Shown piece by piece: positions 8,711 to 18,250 of a DNA stretch of 28,322 bases; position 1 is the stretch's first letter; every line of letters starts with the position of its first letter. The notes under the pieces were generated by a model. It ran no database searches, was not told where the DNA came from, and was given only the letters and a program-made list of their open reading frames with translations. This stretch comes from an uncultured archaeon (GTDB lineage: Archaea; Asgardarchaeota; Thorarchaeia; Thorarchaeales; CAZPUN01): NCBI GenBank assembly GCA_964589775.1, contig CAZPUN010000061.1, positions 1 through 28,322 on the forward strand, written 5' to 3'. Made by a program: the position numbers and the translations under genes.

Positions 8711-9427
8711 ATGGCTAATGAACTTCTCTCAGAAGGCAAGACCAAGAAGATTTTTGCAACTGATAACCCAAACGAAGTTATGATTGAGTTTAAGGATGAT
8801 ATTACTGCAGGGAACATGGCTAAACATGATGTAATTGCCGGTAAGGGCAAGATCAATGCTGATATTACAGAGAATCTGTTCAAGTTGATGGAAGCGAACG
8901 GGATCTCTACCCATTTTATAAAGCGAGTTGATGATACCCATGTTCTCGCAAAGCGCCTTTCCATGTATCCACTTGAGGCTGTATGCAGGAATATAGCGGC
9001 TGGTTCTTTACTAAGGCGAATTCCATTATTTAAGCAAGGCGAGGTGTTAGAACCTCCTATTGTTGAATTCTTCTATAAATCGGATGAGATGGGTGATCCA
9101 TTGCTAAACACGAGTCATATTGAGACGCTTGGGATTGCAACACGTGATGAAATCAAAGACATGGAAGAAAAATTGAGGAAAATTAACGGCGTATTACGCG
9201 AATATTTATCTAAAAAAGGACTAATTCTAGTTGATTTTAAGGTTGAATTTGGTCGCGATAGTAAAGGAGAGATTGTTCTTGGCGATGAGCTAAACGGAGA
9301 TTCAATGAGAGTTTGGCGTGCCTCGGACAAAAAAATACTTGATAAGGACGTATATCGTAAGGGTGGCAAGATCGAGGAATTAAAGGCTGCATACGAAGAA
9401 CTTAGCCGTGTTCTCTTAGGTGATTGA
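8711..9427 (+). CDS. purC: Phosphoribosylaminoimidazole-succinocarboxamide (SAICAR) synthase
   Basis: EGKTKKIF, FKDDITAG, RNIAAGS, LVDFKVEFG, DKDVYR. Confidence 0.96.
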   Translation: MANELLSEGKTKKIFATDNPNEVMIEFKDDITAGNMAKHDVIAGKGKINADITENLFKLMEANGISTHFIKRVDDTHVLAKRLSMYPLEAVCRNIAAGSLLRRIPLFKQGEVLEPPIVEFFYKSDEMGDPLLNTSHIETLGIATRDEIKDMEEKLRKINGVLREYLSKKGLILVDFKVEFGRDSKGEIVLGDELNGDSMRVWRASDKKILDKDVYRKGGKIEELKAAYEELSRVLLGD

Positions 9428-9428
9428 A

Positions 9429-9692
9429 ATGAATGAATATACTGTGGAAGTGATTGTTGAGTACAAGCCTACGGCGTCTGACCCGGCAGGTGAAACAATT
9501 GAACGCGATTTGATGCATAAGAATGGATATTCAATGGTCTCAAATGTTCGTACTGGAAATTACATGCGAATGAAAATTAAAGCAAAAAGCCCAGATGAGG
9601 CTCGCAATATTGCAGAGCGGCTATGTAATGAGCTTCGTATTTTTAATCCTGTTGCTCATAAGCTTACTATTCGAGTCGGTGACCAAAATTGA
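9429..9692 (+). CDS. purS: FGAM synthase subunit PurS
   Basis: DPAG, VRTG, FNPV motifs; ~87 aa; lies between purC and purQ. AGGTGA RBS favours ATG9429. Confidence 0.9.
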   Translation: MNEYTVEVIVEYKPTASDPAGETIERDLMHKNGYSMVSNVRTGNYMRMKIKAKSPDEARNIAERLCNELRIFNPVAHKLTIRVGDQN

Positions 9693-10381
9693 AAGTGGCG
9701 ATAGTTCAATTTCCCGGAAGTAATTGTGATTATGATACACTTCATGTTCTTCGGGATGTAATAAAAGTAGATGCGGATCTTGTCTGGCACGCCGACCTGA
9801 ACGAGACTTATGATGCGGTTATATTGCCCGGTGGCTTTTCTTACGGTGATTACTGGCGAAGTGGTCTGGTAGCCTCTTTTAGTCCTGCCATAGGGGTCAT
9901 TAAGGATATGGCGAAGGATGGCAAAAATGTTCTTGGGATCTGTAATGGCTTTCAAGTTTTAGTTGAAGCAAAGATTCTTCCGGGAGCACTTTTGCCAAAT
10001 ACATCTGGTACGTTCATATGTAAATGGGTTACTGTGCGTGTAGAAAATACGAATAGTGCTCTGACTCGTGGAATGGCGAATGGCAGTGTTCTTAGGCTTC
10101 CCATAGCTCATGCAGAAGGACGATACTATCTTTCAGAAGAGGATACTAAGAAATTGGTTGAAAATGAACAAATTGTATTTCGCTATAGTAATATTGAAGG
10201 CGAAATAACAGAAGAAAGTAATCCAAACGGTTCGATATTAAACATTGCGGGTGTAATGAATCCTGAAGGCAATATTGTTGGTATGATGCCACATCCTGAG
10301 CGAGCCTCGGAACGCATTTTGAGTCCATGGGGTACTGAGCACGGGCTCCGCCTATTGAAGAATTTTGTAAGGAGAGGTTGA
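9689..10381 (+). CDS. purQ: FGAM synthase glutaminase subunit PurQ
   Basis: FPGSNCD, PGGFSYGDY, GICNGFQ, AHAEG, MMPHPER; TTGA overlap with purS. Confidence 0.97.
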   Translation: MKVAIVQFPGSNCDYDTLHVLRDVIKVDADLVWHADLNETYDAVILPGGFSYGDYWRSGLVASFSPAIGVIKDMAKDGKNVLGICNGFQVLVEAKILPGALLPNTSGTFICKWVTVRVENTNSALTRGMANGSVLRLPIAHAEGRYYLSEEDTKKLVENEQIVFRYSNIEGEITEESNPNGSILNIAGVMNPEGNIVGMMPHPERASERILSPWGTEHGLRLLKNFVRRG

Positions 10382-10382
10382 T

Positions 10383-12596
10383 ATGGAGTACAAGGGAATT
10401 GAAATTAGTCTTACTGAAGACGAATTAAAAAAAGTGATTGAAATACTTGGTCGGGAGCCTAATGAAGTCGAAATTGGTATGATCGACATTATGTGGAGCG
10501 AGCATGCATCGTACAAGTCTTCCCGCCCTGTATTAAAAATACTTCCGAAAGAAGGCAAGCGTGTTTTGGTAGGCCCGGGACAGGACGCTGGCGTTATCGA
10601 TATTGGTGATGGAAAGGCTGTAGCGTTCAAGATTGAGTCTCACAACCATCCTTCGGCAATCGAACCGTATAATGGAGCCGCCACCGGAATTGGTGGGATC
10701 GTTCGCGATATTTTATGTATGGGTGCTCGTCCGATTGGACTTATGGATAGTCTCAGATTTGGTAGTCCGGAAGACCCTCATACGCGATGGTTGATTAGAA
10801 ATGTTGTAAAAGGCATTGCAGACTACGGGAACTGTATTGGTGTGCCTACGGTTGCTGGAGAAATTGAATTTGATGAAAGCTATTCCAAGAATTGCCTTGT
10901 AAATGTCGGTTGTTTTGGCGTTGGAAATATTGAAGATGTAGCACCCAGTAAAGCAGAACATCCCGGACATTTACTTGTATTGGCGGGTGGAAGTACCGGT
11001 CGTGATGGTATACATGGAGTTACATTTGCCAGTAAGACCCTGAGCGATGAATCTGAAGAAGAGCGACACGCCGTGCAAATTGGCGACCCATTCATCAAAA
11101 AGAAGATAATCGAGGCAACTCTTGAAATTGTGCATCGCAAACTCGCTCCGGGAATAAAGGATCTTGGCGGTGGTGGTCTAACGTGTGCTTCATCTGAAAT
11201 GGCTGAGGGTGGAAATACTGGCGTGGTAGTTCATGTTGACAAGGTTTTCACTCGAGAACCGAACATGACTCCCTATGAAATCATGCTTTCTGAGAGTCAA
11301 GAACGTATGCTATATGAAGTGCCTCCTGAAAACCTTGAGGAAATTAAAAAGGTTTTTGAAAAATATGAATTGACTTATGCAATTGTTGGTGAGGTCACAG
11401 ATTCCGGTCGCGTTATTGTGAAAAACCATGGCGAAACAGTTGCAGATCTTCCAGTTGAGATACTTGCAGACCCCCCAGTAATTATTCGTCAATCTAAGGA
11501 ACCCGCACGAATTAAAGAAATCAAGAATCGTGATAAACCCGATTTGCCTCGAAATTTCAAGGATGCATTCTTGAAAGTCATATCTGCACCAAGTATCGCA
11601 AGCAAGGAGTGGGTATATCGACAATACGACCATGAAGTCGGTGTTCGAACCGTTTCTAAGCCAAATGACTCAGAAGCTGCAGTTATGCGTATTCTTGGTA
11701 CGAACAAGGGCCTTGCAATAAAATCCGATGGAAACGCTCTGACGACTTATGCAGACCCATATTGGGGAGCTGCTGGAGCTCTAGCCGAGGCGTGTCGTAA
11801 TGTTGCTTCTACCGGAGCCGAGCCTGTAGCTTTTGTAGATGGATGTAACTTTGGCAGTCCTGAAGATCCTGAAGTATTCTGGGAATTTGAGCAGGCGATT
11901 AAAGGTCTTGCAGATATGGGTCGTGCATTTGGTCTTCCCTGTGTCGGTGGTAATGTTAGTTTTTATAATCAAGATGAGACCACAGGTAAAGCCATCAAGC
12001 CTGTTCCCATTGTTGTAGTACTTGGCCTGATTGACAATCTTGAACGTGACAGAGCCTACAGTGCTACTGGAATTTCAGGTAAAATTGTTCTTGTAGGTGA
12101 TACATATCCTGAGATGGGTGGTTCTGAGTATTATAAACAAGTTCATGGGACTATTGCAGGAATTGTACCAAAAGTTCGTGTCGATGAAGAAAAGAAGAAT
12201 ATGAATTTTGTAATCAGTGGAATTCGAAATAAGACAATCACTTATGCAATTGATATTTCAAAAGGTGGAATTGCAGCAGCTCTTACAAAACTGGCTGTAC
12301 GAAGTGGAAAAGGCTTAAGTGTTAATTTAGATGATTTAAAAACTAATGGACTCAGAATTGATGAAGTTCTATTTTCTGAATCACATGGCCGCTATCTGCT
12401 TGTTGTTCCTAAAGACCTTCTGGATAGCCTCATTGAAGATGCAAAGAAACTTGGTATTTCCGTACGTGTTCTCGGAGATCTCTCAAACCACAGTGAAATA
12501 AGTATTCGAATCTCGAATGAACATATTAAATTTGATTTAAAGGAGTTGAAAGACGCATGGCAAGATTCTTTGAAGAAAATATTAACAGAAGTCTAA
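10383..12596 (+). CDS. purL: FGAM synthase subunit PurL (small form)
   Basis: MWSEH, KIESHNHPS, TGRDGIHG, LSESQERM, QYDHEVG, GGNVSFYN. Confidence 0.97.
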   Translation: MEYKGIEISLTEDELKKVIEILGREPNEVEIGMIDIMWSEHASYKSSRPVLKILPKEGKRVLVGPGQDAGVIDIGDGKAVAFKIESHNHPSAIEPYNGAATGIGGIVRDILCMGARPIGLMDSLRFGSPEDPHTRWLIRNVVKGIADYGNCIGVPTVAGEIEFDESYSKNCLVNVGCFGVGNIEDVAPSKAEHPGHLLVLAGGSTGRDGIHGVTFASKTLSDESEEERHAVQIGDPFIKKKIIEATLEIVHRKLAPGIKDLGGGGLTCASSEMAEGGNTGVVVHVDKVFTREPNMTPYEIMLSESQERMLYEVPPENLEEIKKVFEKYELTYAIVGEVTDSGRVIVKNHGETVADLPVEILADPPVIIRQSKEPARIKEIKNRDKPDLPRNFKDAFLKVISAPSIASKEWVYRQYDHEVGVRTVSKPNDSEAAVMRILGTNKGLAIKSDGNALTTYADPYWGAAGALAEACRNVASTGAEPVAFVDGCNFGSPEDPEVFWEFEQAIKGLADMGRAFGLPCVGGNVSFYNQDETTGKAIKPVPIVVVLGLIDNLERDRAYSATGISGKIVLVGDTYPEMGGSEYYKQVHGTIAGIVPKVRVDEEKKNMNFVISGIRNKTITYAIDISKGGIAAALTKLAVRSGKGLSVNLDDLKTNGLRIDEVLFSESHGRYLLVVPKDLLDSLIEDAKKLGISVRVLGDLSNHSEISIRISNEHIKFDLKELKDAWQDSLKKILTEV

Positions 12597-14029
12597 AACC
12601 ACGAGAAAAGTGTGGTATTATTGCAATAAGTGGTGTTCAGAGACGTGGAACTGTAGCTCAATATTTGGCAGACGGTCTCACATCATTACAGCATCGCGGG
12701 CAGGAATCATGTGGTATGTCCGTACATATAAGTGATCACATTGCCACGTATCGTGATACTGGATTAGTATCGGATGTGTTTCGTCCTGCGATTCTCCAGA
12801 GGCTTCAAGGAGATTCTGGAATCGGACACGTGCGTTATAGTACAACGGGAACATCAACTGTACGAGAGGCACAACCGTTTATGATGCCCTACATAAATCC
12901 GGAATTCACAATTGCATTCAACGGAACAATAACCAATTATCTCACAATACGAGACTTGATGCGTGAGAATAATATCGAGTTTGAAACCGAAACTGACACC
13001 GAGGTTATTGCACGTTTAATATTAGATGCGGTGAAAAACGGAAAATCCTACATTGAAGCAATTGAGGAAGCCATGCGTCTGCTTCAAGGAGCCTATTCAG
13101 TTGTTCTGTTGAATCGTTGGGGCGACATTTATGCGTTTAGAGATGCATACGGGTACAAGCCTCTCGCACTTGGCGAAACTGAGTATGGATATGTCCTGAG
13201 TTCTGAAACTGTAAGTTTTGATTTCTTAGGTGCAAAATGGATTCGTGACATTCTGCCCGGAGAGGTTGTCCGAATAAAAGAGAAGACAATACAAAGTAAG
13301 CGAGTGATCGATAAAGGTGAGACACGTCATTGTTTCTTTGAGTGGGTCTATTTTGCAAGACCGGACTCATATGTTTATGGTCGAAGCGTCTATGATGTCC
13401 GATACAAACTCGGCGAAATTCTTGCGCGTGATGGGCCTCTGCCTGATGACAAAGAAAATACGATTGTAGTTCCTGTACCTGAGACTGGAATTGTGCCCGC
13501 TATTGGATTCTCTAAACAAAGTGGCATACCGTTTCAATATGGTATTATCATGAATCGCTACAAGCGGCGTACCTTTATCTTACCCAATCAGCAGGCCAGA
13601 GGAAACGAGGTCCGTATGAAACTAAACCCGATCTCAACGGTTCTTAAAGGTAAAGAAGTTATAATGGTGGATGATAGTATCGTACGTGGAACAACCGTGA
13701 AACGAATTATTAATGCACTACGAAATGCCGGAGCAAAGAAGGTTCATGTTCGAGTTACTGCACCGCCTATTGTATCCGGCTGCTATTTTGGTATTGATTT
13801 TCCAACTCGTGGAGAACTCGTAGCTTCATACACAAGTATTGAGGACATTACAAAAGATATTGGTGCTGATTCCTTGTATTATAATAGTATTGATGCAATT
13901 CGTGAAGCCATTGGTTGTGAAGGACGCTGTCTATGTCTTTCTTGTGTTACTGGCGAATATCCCGAACTTGATAATGTTGATTTTGACCTACTTGAAACTA
14001 AACTAGGTTCGATGAAGGTGAAAAAATGA
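12557..14029 (+). CDS. purF: Amidophosphoribosyltransferase (propeptide and [4Fe-4S] type)
   Basis: Propeptide then nucleophile CG, LQHRGQES, GHVRYST, VDDSIVRGTT; Fe-S Cys in HCFFE, GCYFG, CLSC. AGGAG at 12541; overlaps purL by 40 nt. Confidence 0.96.
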   Translation: MARFFEENINRSLKPREKCGIIAISGVQRRGTVAQYLADGLTSLQHRGQESCGMSVHISDHIATYRDTGLVSDVFRPAILQRLQGDSGIGHVRYSTTGTSTVREAQPFMMPYINPEFTIAFNGTITNYLTIRDLMRENNIEFETETDTEVIARLILDAVKNGKSYIEAIEEAMRLLQGAYSVVLLNRWGDIYAFRDAYGYKPLALGETEYGYVLSSETVSFDFLGAKWIRDILPGEVVRIKEKTIQSKRVIDKGETRHCFFEWVYFARPDSYVYGRSVYDVRYKLGEILARDGPLPDDKENTIVVPVPETGIVPAIGFSKQSGIPFQYGIIMNRYKRRTFILPNQQARGNEVRMKLNPISTVLKGKEVIMVDDSIVRGTTVKRIINALRNAGAKKVHVRVTAPPIVSGCYFGIDFPTRGELVASYTSIEDITKDIGADSLYYNSIDAIREAIGCEGRCLCLSCVTGEYPELDNVDFDLLETKLGSMKVKK

Positions 14030-15351
14030 GTCATAAGATCTTAGTAATTGGAAATGCTGCCCGCGAACATGTAATAGCGGAATCTTTATTGAAGAGTGAA
14101 AAGAAGCCGAAACTTGTTGCTTATATGGGGACTCGAAATCCTGCATTATCTGCACTATCCGTTGATTTGAAAGTTGGTAAGGTAACTGACGCTGCGGATA
14201 TTGTAAAATTTGCAAAAAAGACCGGTGTGGATTTCGCGTTCATAGGTCCTGAAGCTCCTCTTGCGGCTGGTGTTGTTGATGCCTTGTTAGATGCTGACAT
14301 TCCTGCTGTAGGTCCTGTAAAAGCTGCCGCTCGTCTCGAATCTGATAAGGGATTTCTTAGAACACTAATGCAAAAGCACAATTGCCCCGGCAATATCGAA
14401 TTCTATGTATGTACAACGGAAGATGAAATACGGGATGCTATTCGCGCACTTGATGGCAAGGTAGCTGTAAAGCCTGCAGGTCTTACAGGTGGTAAAGGCG
14501 TAAAGGTTACCGGACAACATTTGAAGACTGAGCAAGATGCTATTGATTATGCAAAAGAGATCCTCGAAAAGAATATCGGCGGGGAGCCTAAAGTTATTAT
14601 CGAGGAACTCTTGGAAGGCGAAGAATTTACAATTCAGTCTTTTGTAGACGGGAAGACCGTTGTTCCTACACCTGCAGCTCAGGATTTCAAGCGAGCATAC
14701 GAAGGCGATGAAGGACCTAATACAGGTGGAATGGGCTCATATTCTGATGCAAATCATTTGTTACCATTTCTTGAACAAAAGGATTACAATGCCGGCGTGG
14801 AAATCATAAAATCAATCGTAGATGCATTTACAAAAGAGACTGGGCTAAAATACAAGGGAGTTCTCTACGGGCAGTTTATGAAGACGCAAAAGGGTATTAA
14901 GATTATCGAAAGCAATGTTCGCTTCGGCGACCCTGAAGCAATGAACATCCTACCAATTCTAAAATCTGACTTTTTAGACATTTCCTATGCAATTATGGAT
15001 GGTACTCTAAGTAATGCAAAAGTTCAGTTCGAAAATAAAGCAACTGCTGTCCGATATATTGTGCCTGAAGGATACCCAGTATCTCCAAAATCCGATGAAA
15101 AGCTTGAAGTCGATAGTGCAGCAATAGAAAAACTCGGTGTGAAACTATATTATGCTTCGGTTAGAAAATCGGCAGGCAATATCTATACGACTCGGTCTCG
15201 GTCTATAGCTCTTGTTGGTATCGGAAACACAATCCCTGAAGCAGCCGACCTTACATTACAGGCAATCGAGTATATCAAGGGTCCAATATTCTACCGTCGA
15301 GATATTGGCTCGAAGGAAATGATCGAACAAAAAGCAAAACGCTTTAAATAA
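14026..15351 (+). CDS. purD: Phosphoribosylamine-glycine ligase
   Basis: REH, IGPEAPL, GGKGV, QDFKR, GPNTGGMG, NVRFGDPE; ATGA overlap with purF. Confidence 0.96.
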   Translation: MSHKILVIGNAAREHVIAESLLKSEKKPKLVAYMGTRNPALSALSVDLKVGKVTDAADIVKFAKKTGVDFAFIGPEAPLAAGVVDALLDADIPAVGPVKAAARLESDKGFLRTLMQKHNCPGNIEFYVCTTEDEIRDAIRALDGKVAVKPAGLTGGKGVKVTGQHLKTEQDAIDYAKEILEKNIGGEPKVIIEELLEGEEFTIQSFVDGKTVVPTPAAQDFKRAYEGDEGPNTGGMGSYSDANHLLPFLEQKDYNAGVEIIKSIVDAFTKETGLKYKGVLYGQFMKTQKGIKIIESNVRFGDPEAMNILPILKSDFLDISYAIMDGTLSNAKVQFENKATAVRYIVPEGYPVSPKSDEKLEVDSAAIEKLGVKLYYASVRKSAGNIYTTRSRSIALVGIGNTIPEAADLTLQAIEYIKGPIFYRRDIGSKEMIEQKAKRFK

Positions 15352-15399
15352 CTCTCTTATCTCTTTTATTCTTTTATTAAAAAAAAGAAATATTTGTAT

Positions 15400-16035
15400 T
15401 CATGCGGAGGCATCCATTTTGTTTAAATTCTCATTTCTGATTTTCTTCAAATATTCCACAACTCGTAATATGTTTTCTCTGGATAAATCTGGTATGTATG
15501 TAAAATTTGCCATGCAATCAACGGCTAATAAAACTCCCTTACCTGAAATATTGCCTTCCGTTGTTGGAATTGTAAATTCTCCTTCTTCTCTATAGACATT
15601 TAAATTGGGTATTGGTTCCTTTTTGTTCCACACCCAGAATGTTTGTTTGAAGTGAACTTTATTGGTTGTCATCATAGGCTCATCGTAAAAAGCAAAAAAG
15701 TAAAGCGTTCCATATTTTCCAACGATATATATATCTTCATATTTTGCTAAAACATATTTCTCAATGATTTTGATGTCATCCGTTATTTGTTTTAAAATTT
15801 CGTAATTATTACTAAGATATTTTGGTATCCCTGAATATACATATAGTATTATAACACCAATAATTGTAAGAACTATTGATATGATAAATAAAGCAAATAC
15901 TACTGGATAAAAATCGAAATCAGGAATAAAATATAAAAATAATATAAAGAAAATCATTGTAAAGATTAATGGTAAAGAGATAAAGAAATATTTACGTGAT
16001 CTTTTGTCTAATTCTTCTTTAGTATATTCTTTCAT
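15400..16035 (-). CDS. Hypothetical membrane protein (2 N-terminal TM helices plus soluble domain)
   Basis: Two hydrophobic segments near the N-terminus; GGTGA RBS favours ATG16035. Confidence 0.7.
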   Translation of the reverse strand: MKEYTKEELDKRSRKYFFISLPLIFTMIFFILFLYFIPDFDFYPVVFALFIISIVLTIIGVIILYVYSGIPKYLSNNYEILKQITDDIKIIEKYVLAKYEDIYIVGKYGTLYFFAFYDEPMMTTNKVHFKQTFWVWNKKEPIPNLNVYREEGEFTIPTTEGNISGKGVLLAVDCMANFTYIPDLSRENILRVVEYLKKIRNENLNKMDASA

Positions 16036-16278
16036 ATATATCACCGGTGAAGGTCTTATTAATAATTATCCCAGTCCCTTCATATGGACATCCTATATTC
16101 AAAACACAACCATCGTTTATCCTTATCATCAAATTTGTTTATACGTTTTTCCATGTTTTAGTACTTTCTTGCGTTTCAGACCTTTTCCATTTTAAAACAA
16201 AAGAACAAAAATTAGAAATCATCTATTGTTAATTAAATACGACGTTCTCTGACTATTGATACGAATATGCATGTGAAA

Positions 16279-17301
16279 TCATCGTTTTCTTGTTTCATTG
16301 ATAATAGATAAAATGTCTCTAATTACTGCCTGTCCAGTTCCTATGGCTCCTGCTCCAGGCCCCATAATAGTAACGCTTCCAAGATGATCTGTATGAAATG
16401 TTATTGCGTTTGTATCATACATAATGTTTGCGAACGGATGCGAATTTGAAATATATCTTGGAGCTATTATGGCCTCAGGCCCTTTTACGCTCGCAATTAA
16501 TTTAATATGCCCGTTTTTCTTCATTGCGTCCTGAATATCATCTTCGGATATATTTGTTATACCAGTTGTTTTTACATCATCTATAGATATGTCCAGACCC
16601 ATAATGACCTTTGCAAGAATCACTGCCTTAACTGCTGCATCCCACCCCTCAACATCTGCACGAGGATCTGCTTCTGCGTATCCTAATCTCTGAGCTTCTT
16701 GTAGTGCTTCAATGTACTTCATGCCTTGTTCCATCTTCGTTAGAATAAAGTTTGTAGTTCCATTCAAAATTCCTTCAATCTCTGTAATATTACATCCTGC
16801 AAGACCATTTATCGCGAAGTTTATTGCTGGAGTTCCGCTAAGAACTGTACCTTCGAATTTGAGTTCTACATTATTGTTCTTTGCCAACTGCATAAGTTCG
16901 TCAAAATATAGAGCAATTGGTCCTTTATTTGTAGTAACAACATGTTTATTCAATTTTAAAGCGGTTCGTATATGTGATATGCCCGGTTCTCCAGTCTTTA
17001 TATCTGTAGGCGTGCATTCAACAACGATGTTTGCATCAGAATTTCTAATTATCTCAATAGAATCAAAATCTACATGATCCTTATGTTCTATTATTGTACC
17101 CATTTTCCTAACCAAATTTAGCGTTTCTTCAATATTTATGCCATCGTTGTTTAGAACCGAGCCCTTGCTGTGTCCTGCAATTGCTACAACATCAAAATCA
17201 AAATTATATCTCGAGTGGAAAATATCTTTTTTATTATTTAAAATCTCCAAAGTACCTTGTCCAACATTTCCAAAACCAATAATTGCGATCTTCCATTTCA
17301 C
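16279..17301 (-). CDS. hom: Homoserine dehydrogenase (short form, no ACT domain)
   Basis: IIGFGNVG, HVVTTNKGP, GILNGTTNFIL, GYAEADP..DVEGWDAA.K, GPGAG. Confidence 0.95.
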   Translation of the reverse strand: MKWKIAIIGFGNVGQGTLEILNNKKDIFHSRYNFDFDVVAIAGHSKGSVLNNDGINIEETLNLVRKMGTIIEHKDHVDFDSIEIIRNSDANIVVECTPTDIKTGEPGISHIRTALKLNKHVVTTNKGPIALYFDELMQLAKNNNVELKFEGTVLSGTPAINFAINGLAGCNITEIEGILNGTTNFILTKMEQGMKYIEALQEAQRLGYAEADPRADVEGWDAAVKAVILAKVIMGLDISIDDVKTTGITNISEDDIQDAMKKNGHIKLIASVKGPEAIIAPRYISNSHPFANIMYDTNAITFHTDHLGSVTIMGPGAGAIGTGQAVIRDILSIINETRKR

Positions 17302-17424
17302 AGCTAGACACCTATGTTTTTTGAACAGACTTTTGAATAAAGGATTTTACGTTTGTATTGTGAATCATGTGTAGAGATTTAAAGTAATTTGAAAAAACAA
17401 ATAAAAAAGGTGGGAATGCCCCAA

Positions 17425-18249
17425 TTATACTTGTGGTAATCGGTTCATAAGAGCGAAGTATATGTAAAATACTGGAACTTGAAGGACTATGAGAAGCGGA
17501 ATGAGTGTTGTGAAAATATTTGTGAATCCACCTAAAATATCGCTAAAGAATGCCAAAATTATTCCGTTAAGAAATACGAGTCCTGTAGCAACTGTTACTA
17601 TGGTTTTAAGAAGATTTACCTGACTGGAAGTGATTCCGCCTGTGGCTGGCTCTCTCGCAAAGAATCGGAATCTTTGTATAATTAGTTTCTCGGCTTCGTA
17701 TCGTGGAATAAGTTTTCCGTTCTTGTCAAATAGCGTTGCAAATTCAATAGAAACTTCACGTTCACCTGGAGCTACTGGAACAACTGAAATCTCGATCTCT
17801 GTTTCTTCGTCCGGTTTAAGAGGCAAATCAATACTTGAAGGACTTATGTGATCCACTGAATGGAATCTAATTCGAATTCCGGGGTATGGCGATACGTTCT
17901 TAACGCGTAGCTTTATTTTGTTTGCAGTATTTACAACAAATGGCTTTGTGATTTTTACGGATTTTACACCTTTCGCTTCTATTGGCCGAGCAACTCCAAT
18001 TCCTTCTGGTAGTTCGTAAAATTCGATTTTGGGCGGCCCTCGCTTGATTTGAATTGCGCTTCTTAAATTCTTTCGCTTCGGAAATATCATGGCTATTATG
18101 AACGCTATGAATACTGTTAGTGCAAGATATGCTGTAATCGTAATTGTTTCTGCGCTCTCATTCGCGTACATTACAATGATTGCAATGGACATTACTGCGA
18201 GCAAGATATTTGTAATCAATCCCACATACTTCTGTTCATGTTCTGCCAT
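17425..18249 (-). CDS. Membrane protein: 2 TM, beta-sandwich (Ig-like) domain, 2 TM
   Basis: Hydrophobic pairs at both ends; central alternating beta strands IKLRVKN, IRIRF, LKPDEETEIEISVVP, EREVSIEF. Confidence 0.75.
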   Translation of the reverse strand: MAEHEQKYVGLITNILLAVMSIAIIVMYANESAETITITAYLALTVFIAFIIAMIFPKRKNLRSAIQIKRGPPKIEFYELPEGIGVARPIEAKGVKSVKITKPFVVNTANKIKLRVKNVSPYPGIRIRFHSVDHISPSSIDLPLKPDEETEIEISVVPVAPGEREVSIEFATLFDKNGKLIPRYEAEKLIIQRFRFFAREPATGGITSSQVNLLKTIVTVATGLVFLNGIILAFFSDILGGFTNIFTTLIPLLIVLQVPVFYIYFALMNRLPQV

Positions 18250-18250
18250 T

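Noticed and set aside
16004-16232. Short ORFs between the membrane protein gene and hom
   Set aside because: About 60 aa, overlapping each other and the neighbour's promoter region, with no supporting features.
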